Notes under the pieces: model-generated
The model's database searches: none
Seen by the model: the letters and a program-made list of their open reading frames with translations, nothing else
What the model was told of the DNA's origin: nothing
Assembly: GCA_020058285.1 (NCBI GenBank)
Contig: JAGVEL010000017.1
Location: 2,027 to 66,026, forward strand
Length of the DNA stretch: 64,000 nt
Direction of reading: 5' to 3'
Source of the DNA: Candidatus Omnitrophota bacterium
Lineage (GTDB): Bacteria > Omnitrophota > Gorgyraeia > JAHJTE01
Part shown: one piece after another, positions 38,201 through 50,200 of the stretch
Layout: each line of letters begins with the position of its first letter
Position numbering within the stretch: the stretch's first letter is position 1
Program-made: the position numbers and the translations under genes

Positions 38201-41200
38201 CTTTTTGGATGTAATTCTCCTTCTTCAGACGGTGTCCTTGGCCAGCACGAGTAAACAAATTGAATAGGATCGAGAAAACGGATTGTAATGAACCGAATAT
38301 CAGTTAAAGATGGTTTTTCCCACTTCCATCCTTTTTCTTCCCAATATGGATGCATGTATTTTGTGACGTCATCATCTGCCAGCGGCGAGCTGGATTGATA
38401 ATTCCCCGGCCAATGCGCTACACGGTCTAAGCCAAATTCAGAACCATCTGCTCTCTGCGGTTCATCCCGGCCAAAGACGCGATTTGTCAACGAATGTGCT
38501 ACGGTTGTTCTCGGATTGTTAAATTCTCCAAATCCTTGCTCACCCTTCGGATTTTGGCAATAGGCTTTGCCGCCTCTGCCTTTTTCTTTCCCATGCGGAT
38601 GAATGTGTTTTCTGACTCCATCACCCAAGGATAAACTGTTGCTATGAAGTGTAGCGCATTTAACACCTTTATCATTTTGTAATTGTTTTTGTAAAAATTC
38701 TCTTATGGTTTCTATAAAAGAATCGTTGCTGACAACTAAGCTAAAATTAGACTCCTTCCCCTGTAAAGCAATGTTCATCTCTGCAAAAATTTTATGAGTT
38801 AAACGCCTTCCGACCGGACCGGGGTAACCATGAACTGCTATAACAAAATATCCCTTGCCAATTCTAATCAAATAAGGAGCCCCGCTATCTCCCCTATAAG
38901 TATTAGCGCCCAGTAACACAACTTTATCGCCTGTTAAAACTAAGTGACCAACAGATACATCATGATTTGAACCTTTAATTACCCAAGCGAACCTTCTTGC
39001 GGGAGGTGTGAGTAAAAGCTTAATTGGAACAAGCTTACCGTCTTTAAATACCTTTCTGTTTACATCTCTTTTGTGCATTAAAAGTACGCTGATATCATCA
39101 CTTTCGTTATCCATCACTATAAATGTGCGTCCGACTGTTTTCTTAGCCTTCTCATTAATTTTCAATATACCTGTTCTTGCGCTTTTGGATAGATGACCAC
39201 AAGATAAAAGAACATAATAATCATTTATGCAATCAACCACAAAAGCTTTGCCTATGTTCGCTTTGTGATTTTTAGCATCTATGCAGATCATGTCGAATAC
39301 GCTTCTTTTAAATCGTCCTCCTTTTCCCTCTTCTGCTTTTTTAATACTTTCACCCAACTCCCGTCTTACGCCTTTAGTCATTTTTAACTTACTAGTTAAG
39401 CTAAGCAGTTCTCCAGCTCTCTCTATAATATCAGGTGAGGCAATAAGAGCCTCTGCGATATAGATAGGCTTCGAAATATCTTCTGCTTCAAAATTTTGAT
39501 ATCTCCTTCTACGAGTAAATCTGATAAGAAGGTTTTTGATAAGAGCACTAAGAATAACGGCTTTTTCAGTTACCTTTTTATCGCTTTTAAGACGGTCAAA
39601 TAAAGAGCTCACTAACGAAGCAGAAACGTGTGCTTTTCCAAGCTGATTTTTAAGTTCTTCTAAAATTGATTGTTCTTGTCTTACTAGTTCATTGTTTCCA
39701 ACTCTAGGGTTTTCTTCACTAGTATTGTGCCGATAATGCGCCACGCGGCCTAAGCCAAATTCAGAACCATCTGCTCTCTGCGGTTCATCTCGGCAAATAC
39801 CTGATAGCCCGCAGCGCGCTGATGGCGAATGTTGCCTGGTTTCAGTTAGCCGTGGACCATTGACTGTGGACTGTGGACTTTTTAAATCTCCGCTTCCCGG
39901 CCAAAATCTTTTGGCAGATGAGCTTTTAGGATTTGTATCATCATTGCCAATTGGACTAGAACCCTGTATCTGCTTATTAATTTTTCGCCATTCCTCTAGG
40001 AGTCTATTAACAAATCTTTCACTACCCATGCCAGTTATGTTTTGAGCTAATGAAACAAGATAAATAAATTCAATATTATTTTCTATGGGAAGCAAAGGAA
40101 TCGCAGGCAACGCGGGAAAATTAAAAGTCATGGTCAGCCTATCCCCTTTATGTTCATAACTTGAAAATTGCGGAAACGCGTTAAGTAAGGGTGTCAACGC
40201 ATAAAGTTGATGAATAAATCTCTCTTTGAAATTACTAAACCTATATTCCTTTTCTAATTCTTTAGCATAACCAACCATCCAACCCGACATCAAATGACCA
40301 TTAGGGTCATCAATCTTATTATGATATATTCTTGACGTGATGGTCTGCGCGCCGACAAGGCAGGCCAAATCTAATCGATGCATTCCATCTAAGGTAAAAT
40401 AAGATCCCCAAGGCAACTGAAAGACATCAATAGGATAGCTATCGATAAAATCTTCCCAAAAAAGTTTATTATCGCATAGATAATCAAGAAATCTTAAATA
40501 TCTAAACAAATGTGAACTATGCATACGCTGAATTTCTGCAATAGGGATCTCTTTTAATCCGACCTCTTGCCACCATTTCTGATCCTCTGTTAAATGGCGA
40601 GCCTTTACAATATAATCCGGACCTGCTATTCTCAAATCGCCGATGGGGATTTCTCTGAACATATCGGTCATAATCAATAAATTTGCCTCGATTGGTACTG
40701 CCATTTCCTGACTTAAACAATACTCGGCTGCATGAATCACCCTAAATAATCTTTCATCAATCCTGAGAAGTGTTTGTTTGTTGGCCATCTGCGTATCTAA
40801 AACAACATAGCCATCTTCTTTGGCAAATCGCCTGATGATGGCGGATTCATTTAGATTAACACAGCCGTGCTGAATGTCCGCTGCTGACCTTGCGGCTGTA
40901 AGTTCAGTAGCTACAATGAAATTTCCAGGTATGAACCCAGCCAAAAAGACATCTGCCTCGCGATAAAACTTGACTCCGGATTCGTGGGCTTCTCGGGCTT
41001 TTATTTTTAAGGCTGTAACATTTCTTGCCCTTCTTAAGGCAATGCTCAGCGCTTTATCAGGATCCAAGCTAAAGTGAACAAATTGCCGTCTCATTGATTT
41101 AAGACCACTGCACAAAACTGCTTGTGTATTGGCCGTAGGTGTACCATGGTATAAAAATTCCGGAGGTTCTATTGGTTCACCTACAGGTAAAACCTTTATA

Positions 41201-44200
41201 GAGTGTCCATATCTCGCCCTGATTCTATTTTGTTTAATTTCAAACCTGCCGTCGGGATCATTTTCCGCCAAATCTATCAAGTCTTTCTTTTCGAGTCCGT
41301 TATATTCTTGCTGCAAAATCGGCAAAACTGTTTCTAAAGAAACAAAACCAAATTCATCAAGACTAAAATCATAGAATATAGCACCGTGGCGAAGAAGCGA
41401 AGCTAATGTTCCAGTTACTGCAACCATGTCAAATTGTGTTTCTTGCTGGCTTTTTCCCTTTGCTCTAGCGCTCCTTCGTGATTGCTTACCCTGCTGATAG
41501 TGCCTGGCGCGCGAGGAATTCCTTGATTTATGATGATACCCCAGCCAATCCTCCTCTAAATCCTCTGACTCAAACACCCCTGACCAAGGGTCAGCATTTT
41601 CACGATGATAATGGCGCTGGCCGGAATTATTTAGTTGCCTGACCGGAGAAGAAACAGTCTTCTGCTTACGACGAATATCTTTAATCACAGACACCAAAAT
41701 ATCATCTTCAATGCTTCCTGAACCCAAACAGGCAAGTATAAATGCCTTAAAATAGGCAAAGGCCGGGCTGTGCGTGTTTATCCGGCCAGGTTTAATGTAG
41801 CCAGCTTTGTAAAAAATTTCTGGAAAATAGAATATAGCAATTTCTTTTGGCTGGTCTGTTGACCACAAATATTGGCATAACTTTGGAGACTCAAGCTGCC
41901 GAGTCCCAAAACTTATTTTGATTATCTTGTCGGCATCATCAGTAAATCGTCTTTGTGCTGTATCAAATTGATATTGTTTATTTAATTCTTGCCTTCTTTT
42001 AGCTGCGAACTCAATAACTCGGGAACCAATCTCGCTACCCTGTTTAATGCTATAAACTTTTGCGCGGATTTTCCTTTCTCCTAATAAAATCGCTGTCTCT
42101 AATCTATGTGAACCGTCTAAAATAAAAAAGGTATCGTCGGTAAGTTTTAAAACCTCAATTGGATATTCGCGGATAAAATCAAACCAGGTTAATCCTTTAG
42201 CAGCCATAGATTCTAAGAAACCAAATATTTTGCATAAATTAACTTTTGGCATCCTATGAAGGTTAACAATTTCAATATCGCTAATATCTTCAACCTGCCA
42301 CCATTTGTCTTGTTCAAGCATTTGACGTGCTTTAAAGCTATACTCCAAAACTGAGTAAATATTTGTATGGTAATCTCCTCTTAATATGCCAGCGAGAAAC
42401 AGCAGATTACCCTCACCAGTCATAGCAATTCTTTTTCTCTGTATGACATCTAATGCAACTGCTAGTAGTTTAGCTTCAATCTTTAGAATGGTCTGATAAC
42501 CGGTTGAGCTAATCTTTTCTAAAGTAAAATACCCTTGTTGGCTTGAAAAACTATTAATAACTTTATTACCCATATAATGCTCAAAACTGCCCTTGCTTTT
42601 AAGCGGCGAAGAGGTGGATAAATCATTACCCTGTCCATCATCCTGTTGATAATGTATCTGCTGCGGCATGCTGGCGACATCGCAACCAATGACTGGCATT
42701 TTGGAATATACCTCGTTATTTTGTTGAATTAAGCGACCATCCAGGATATTAGCTTTTTTCTTTGAAAATAAAAACTCTAAGATAGAGGTTGCAATCACCA
42801 CAACAAAAACCCATTCAGTCGGTTTCAGGTGAATAGTCGTATCAAAAAATGTAATATTAACATCAGAGAAGATAACCAAACCCACCACCCACCACCACTT
42901 TAAAGAAAACCATGTCAGCTTCCAGAGATTCTCTTTTTTCTCACGCCTGGATTGTTCCAGAGTTAATTTATAAACATGTTTCCTTAAGAAAAACTCAAGG
43001 AGATTCGCAGGATAATTTAAAACTTCAATCAGGGAAGAAGTAAGAGAAGCATTAATTAGATTGAATATTACAATTGTCAACACACTAAAAGAGATATGTA
43101 ACGGCCTGTCAATCGAAAGCTTATCATAAGTAAGGCTAAGCCCTACGAATATGCAATACCAATACGCCTCAATTCCAAATTGTACGATGGTATAATTTTT
43201 GATAAGTTGCCATGTCGCCACAGCCCCTTTACGCCATTGGCCGAACAAACTCGCCGCAGCACATAGAATCAAAGCTGAAGCTGCGTAAGGAAGGAATTGA
43301 ATAAAGAATAGAAACCATGCGCTTTGGGAAAGTGTATCTATCCAGATGCTGACAAAAGCGAAAGCCACCGATGTTACGATAACTCCGATAAAAATGATGG
43401 CCTTAATCGTTTTGGGTACCTCTTTGAGATAGGACTGACCTTTAAGGAAAAGCTTGAGGTTTGCAAAAAGAGCGGCTACCGCGGTTTGAGTAACCGGCGA
43501 AGAAGTCCTCGGCCTGCCGCTGATGCGCATAAAATTCTTATACGGTTCTTTTTCGAATAAAGACAGCAACTTCCGGTATGAAATTCTTCTCCAGAAGGTG
43601 TGACCGAAAATCGTTAATACCTCTATTTCAAACTTACGAGATCCTTCTTCTAATGCCCCGAGGAATATTTTTATCGCATTAATATTTTTTGTCTTGCCAC
43701 TAAGCAAAGTGTTAATATCCTTCTCAGACGCCTGCTGGCTAAGCCAGCTTACTAATGCTGACCCTATACCCAACCACTGGTATTGAGATTCCAAGGATAG
43801 ATATGGCACTTCTAGAATTCCCCCTCTTGTATCTTCGCGTACAATAAAACAGAAACCAGCTGGGTTATCATAAAATATCCCAGGATGTCCATAGTTATTT
43901 TGGTCTATGCGCTCACCATTAAGCCAAAGCTCATAGAAATTATTCTCCGCCCCATCCTGGCTATAGATAACCTCAAGGAATCCAGCCGCGGTGCTAATCG
44001 TAGCTTTAACAATACAGCCTTGTTGGCTCAATCCTTCGTCGCGCTGGGAATAGGAGGACTTTTCCGGCACCGGCGAAGAAGCGATTGATTCATAGTGACC
44101 TTTTTCATTAAAGATGTGGGTGATGTTTTTAGGAATTTCGTTTGTAACTTCAAATGTCTTGGTGCTGATGAATTTGCCGTTTACATAAACAAAACTGTCG

Positions 44201-47200
44201 TCATCAGCATAGACATAATACATTTCTTGTTTTTCTGCCTGGCTAATGTGAGGCGAGTGATAGATAAGCCCATATAAAACCGGCACTAAATGAGCTGGCT
44301 CATTCGTGCCAAAACGAATCACTTCATCCGGCCGCGGAATTTTAAGCCTCGCTAAAAACGCCTTACCTAGCTTTAATCCTTCTCTAGCGTATTTAATAGC
44401 ATCGTCAATAGAAGTTGCTATTTTCTCTGCTGCCTCCCTTACTAGCCAGTCACGGTTATTAGCAATAGCAAAAACCTCCGGATATTCTACGTTTAAAAGA
44501 TCTCTCGCTGCATAAGCCAAGAAACACAATGGCGAATCAGGCTGTGTTTCTCGATATTGTTGGGCAAGCCTATACATCTCTTGCTTGAATTCCTCTACCC
44601 TAAACTCTCCCAACTTTATTGCACCGTTATCTAATCTTTCAGGGTTAATAAATTGTTTTAAATCCGGCATAATCGCAGGCGAATCTACATATTTCACATC
44701 AGAAAGATTATATTTGCGTAAAGGAAATCCAAAAAATGTATCAATCTTTTCTAATATTCGCTTTAACTCTTGTCCGGGAATAGAGCTAAAGCCATTATTT
44801 TCATTATTCATCCCCCTATACGCATCATAAAATCCTTTAAAAGTAAAAATATTACTGACTGCCGATCCAGTGCAAGTCCTTAATGCCTCTTCTGCGCGCC
44901 TGTCGCCTGAGGCAATCATTTCTTTGTCAAAAATTAATTTATTGCTCACTAAATATCCATCGTCTTCGTCAATATAAACAAATAAATGTCCGGCATTACC
45001 AATAATAAAGATTTTATCTTGAGACACAATATCTAAAGCAACAAGTAAGGCCGCATATAAAAGTGCGAAATCAACGCATTTCGCCCTGCCTTGTTCTCTC
45101 TGATCAATTTTGCGAAAGGCTTCTATTATCGGGAATATGCTATTGATTATCCGAGGGCCTAACCCAAATTTTTTGTATGCCTCGGTTTCCCTGTATTCAT
45201 TAAAAAAGTCTATTGATTGATCCAACGATTTAAGATATGGCTCATTCACTCCTACACGCCGACAATCTTCTTTCTCCACTGAAGCTCCCCAGCCATCAAG
45301 ATAAATATCATTAGGATCAACTCCAAAAACAAAATATTCATTGATTACTCTGGCTAGGCCGTTTCTGCCTATCAATATTGGCCGCAAATCCCGCCTTTCG
45401 CCTTTTTTCTTACCTTTATGCTGGTCTTGCGGCAGTAATATAGGTACCCTTTCTTTAAAAAACTTAAATGTTTCTTGATCAAAATGGGCTAAATTCGCCA
45501 GTATCACTGCATAAGCTACCTGCCAATAAGAAATCAATTCCAAAGATGTGGCAGTTATTGCGGTGGAAAGCTTTTGCTTTTGAGTTTCAGAACACTGTTG
45601 TACGGCCTCATCAGGATCTGTTAAAAAAACTTTTATTGCTACATCTTCATATGAGTTTAATTTTGCAGCTCTTTCTTTATATAACGGGAGACGTTCTATT
45701 GCCTCGGCTAAACTTTCAAGTTCTTGTTTTTTAAACTTATCCTCAACTGTTTTAACTCCCAAAACCCCTAACTGCTCTTCAAATGAAGTTTCTAAATCAG
45801 TTAATCGCCCGCTAAATCCTAATATACCTTTTTTGTTATGCCGTAATTCTCTGGCTTGTTTTAATAATTCATCTAAATAATCCTTTTGTCCTAACTCAGA
45901 GAAAAATTGATTAATAATTTTTTGCAATTTTTTAATCTCATCCTTGTATCCGGTGATCAATAAGGTAAAATTAGTACTCGCTGAATTAGTAAATTCAAGG
46001 TTTTGAGTAAAGAAACTCCCAATAAGTTGCCTTATAAAATTTTCTTTTCCCACGTGTGTAGCAATGAATTCGCTATCCACAGTTATTTTATCTTCAAGCT
46101 TAACCAAATAAGGGAAATACTCGCAGAATAAAGAGCGGATAAACCGCGGTTTTAATTTTAAGATTTTCTCAATACAATCATCTACGGCCGCCTCATCCAG
46201 ATCATTAAGATGTGGCGTTGTTTTGGCTAAGGCGTATGCTTGAGCATATAAATAAGCCAGAGGCATGTCTATCTTTAATTTCCTAAACAGGTTTAAAAGT
46301 AACGGGTTGTAAACATATTCGCCGTCACGAAAAACACCTAATGATTTAATATCGCCTAGGATATTTCGCACTCTTTCTTTAAGTTCATCAGACAATCCAA
46401 AATATGCCATCCTAGTCTCTAAATTTACCAGCAAATATTTAGTTAGCAGGTAACATGAAATTGAGCGACTCTCAACAGGGGAAGACACGGCACCGCCCTG
46501 CCGGGGATTAAGGGGAGGAAGGTCTTTCTTATTGGTCTTGCGTATAATACACAATGAGCACCGGTCATCTGTAGCGCGCCAAATCTCAATTCGTTCGATT
46601 CCCTCCGTATTAATTTTATTGCTTCCAACAAGGTTCTTGCCAACAATAAAAGCAAGATTTCCCTCGTAATCATCCTTAATTGTTATCGCGCTATCATGAG
46701 AATCTCCCTGTAAATAAATGGTTGATTCCCCACCAGAAACTAGAGATAATATAAACTCAGATCCGGTAAGATAATCTCCCCGTAGAAGCACTCTGCCGTC
46801 TTTGTGGCGATCTCTAATTTCATACGATTCTACTGCTCCAGTTGGAGATAGATTAATTCGAGTAATTTCTGGCCAATCGGTATACATATAAGACCTATCT
46901 TTGAACAAACCTTGCTTTACCAAAGCGTAAGGCAATAACACTATCTTACAATTCAATTGATTCTGCCAATATAAATCATAAAATTGTTCATACGCAACAT
47001 CCAAAATAAATTCAACACCCAGTATTTTTATCACGGGAAAATTGTGCCAATTCTTCTCTCCGGGCTCATTAGTAGTCAACCATTTATGTGCGATTGAATT
47101 TCGCGCGCATATCTCCGAGACTCCAAACAAAGTATATTGACAGATGTAAGGAAAACGAAAATCTTTTTCTTCTTCTAGAGATTCATCTTGCCTGTAGTCT

Positions 47201-50200
47201 AGGCCGTATTCCAAAACCCACCTTAAATCTGCAAAAGTCAGAGCATCTTGATGTTTACTCGTAACAGACATCTTGCCGGTTTCATCAAACAACCTGGCAA
47301 AGCCTTTAAGCCACTTCATCTCATCCTCGGATAATGCCTTACCGCGTATGGCCTCGATAATTAGCGGGTATATTTCTAAAAATTTCCTGCTGTCTATATA
47401 AAGAAAATCTTCGAAATGATACCGGCGGGTTTTGCGTCTATTACCATTAGCCCTGTGATTTTTCCCGCCGCCCTGCCGGGAATCGGGAGGCTCGATTGGT
47501 GATGAGCTTTCAGGCATACTCAGAGCTTTTGCTTTTCTTATAAACTCTTCGTATTCACTTTCACTTATACGGCTCTTTCCTAAACGCTCAAGAAGAGAAA
47601 GGGAAATTTTTGCAAAAGTTGTCAAATCTGTCTTGTGCTCATTATCATATGCTTCAAGATAAGGCAAAAGCCCCTTAATATAGTCGATAAGGATAAGCCT
47701 ATTTTTTTCATAGTGCTCCCAAGCTAAGTGCTTGCAAAAAACAGGGTCCCAAATTTTTCCAAACCAATCGTTGAAAGCATTAACTATTCTAAATAAAGAT
47801 TTCGGCTTTAGCTGGGTGCCTTCTGGACGAAGAAGCGCGTCTATATCTCTCTTGTAAAAATGAGTATCATCTTTTAAAACAGAAAGAAATCTATACTTGA
47901 TTATTTGAATTTCTAATTCAACTTCTTTTGCATCCCATTCTGGCGAGCCATAATCTTTTTCTTCTGGATTAATCAGAACATCATAAGCAAATCCGGTCCC
48001 TGCTTGTTTTCTTGCAGCAGTCCACTTTGGAGACAAGTCAGAGTACCTCCTTTTGGGCCTACTCACTCCTTGACGATGTTCATTCTGCAGTGTCATAAAT
48101 AATTTTTCTACGATCCACTGCTCAACTTCCCGGCTAAAATTTATCACCCTGATATTCAGTCGATTTGCCACTAAGTAAAAAGGATGTTCATTGGTAATCG
48201 TAATCTCAGCAAGCTCAACATCTCCTGATATTAACCTTACCTTGCCCTGCTGCGATAAATCTACACTCACCGCTGCCTTAGAAGTATATTCATTGATAGC
48301 TTCTGCCAAATCTTTGATGGTAGATGAAGTAATCGGGCTAGAAGCAATTCTATAGCCTTTTTCATTAAAGATGTGGGTGATGTTTGCGGGAATTTCGCTC
48401 GCAATCGGCGTTGAAACCGGCACTGGCTTTGGCTGCTTATCTGAATCGCTTGTTATACCAGTCCACACTGTCTCTGGCTCACCTCCATCATCGCGTCTGT
48501 CTAATGCGAAAATTACACCATCGGCAACCTCTCCATATTTCATTTGCCATAACCAGTAAGCAACTAGTTCTTCTGCAACAGGTGAGTTTTCTATCCGGTC
48601 TAAGGCAAATGAACCAAAATGCCAATCTCTGGCAGCAGACGTAAGGCTATCTTCTGGGTTAGCACTATCAGAGAGAGTGCGTTGGAGAGTTGTGTAAAAA
48701 ATAGTCTGAAAACCGCTTGTGCCTATTATATCTTGCAGCTGATACTTAAGCAGACCTTGCTTATTGATGCGTTTAATGGGACGGGATGCACCAAAATGTT
48801 CCTCAAAGATTGGCCCTTTCAGGAGATGATATGCATTACCATGGATTAAGATGCAAGCTTTCGGATTATGATTAAAAATTATTCGGCGAAGCTTCTTTGC
48901 GGCAACCTGCGCACTGCTATCTCCATCAATAAAAATAATTTTTATAGGATGCTTGTTATTTGTTCTGTTAGCCCGGCGGACTTTATCAAAAACATCCATA
49001 TAAGCTCTGCTTGCCTTCTGCCTTAAATCTTCTGCATCTTTATTATATTCCTGCTCATATTGTTCAAATTCAGCGGGCAAGCTTATTTTTAAAAAACCCG
49101 TGCGATATTTAAGGGTTTCATCTATTAAAGACAGTAGTTCTTTTCTGCGTTTATCAATCTCATCCTTGTCTGCTTCTATATACCTATTAACGGCTTTTTG
49201 AATCTTGGCTATTTCTTCGTGATAATAAAAGACAAGATGAGTCAATTTGCCCTGTTGGCTCAAATCAGGTATAGCAGAAGCAATATCTTTTAGGAGCAAA
49301 TATAATTCACTCGACAAAGGTGCAAAAACAATAGATAAAAACCTGGCCCCCTCTCTGAATTTATCTAAAAATAATTGGGTTGGTGACAAGTTGCATCTCT
49401 GAAGGTATCCTGCTGTTTGCGCAACTTGAGTTTGTGTTCGTAAATCTCTAAGGGCTTTATCATCATAATCGTATTGTTGATAAAGATAATAATTAATAGT
49501 TTTGATTAGAGAATCGGGCAAATCTAGCATTGTAATAAGTTGTTTGATTTCAGGAGGTATATTTTCCCGAGAAGAAAATTTGATTCGGCTGACTGCTTCA
49601 GCAATAAATTGTAAAACTAGAGATGTATGACGTAATAGATACCTTGAGTTAAAAAACTTAAGGCTTATATAGAGAGTTTTCTGTTCAATATCCAAATAGG
49701 CAATCACAAATTGATTATTTTTATGAAAGTGAATATAACGCGGCCCACCCACTAATATGATATTTAGGTCTTGCTTAATAAATTCAGTCATATCTTTAAG
49801 TGTTTTATTAAGGCTGCCAACAAGATCAAAGCCATTTAATAAATCAAGATGTTCAAAAATAGGTTTGAAAACTTCCTGCCAGTGAGGATGAGTAAAATTT
49901 CCCCCTTGAAGAACAGGGACAAGATAAGGTTCCTCTTTTGAGCCAGGAAAATCATCTAGGCTTTGGATGATATTGTTTCTGGCTTTGTCTAACAACTCTT
50001 CAATCTGCGCCTTAAAAGGATTATCTTTAGGGGATTCTTCACTGGTGTAAAAAACCTTAAATTCAGGGTTTTCAGGCCCTTCTGCATCAACTGGTGATGA
50101 GCTGGATATTTGCCTTACTTGCCAATCAGGATTTGTTTCTTTTGCAACCAAGCTAAAACCAAACAATTCACCACCCGGCCTTAGCGGCGAAGAGGCTGAA

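Noticed and set aside
48450-49400. ChaN/erythromycin-esterase-like domain in the giant ORF
   Set aside because: Only a loose resemblance (HGNAYHL, DGVIF) and the expected N-terminal GExH motif is absent; too weak to call without a profile search.
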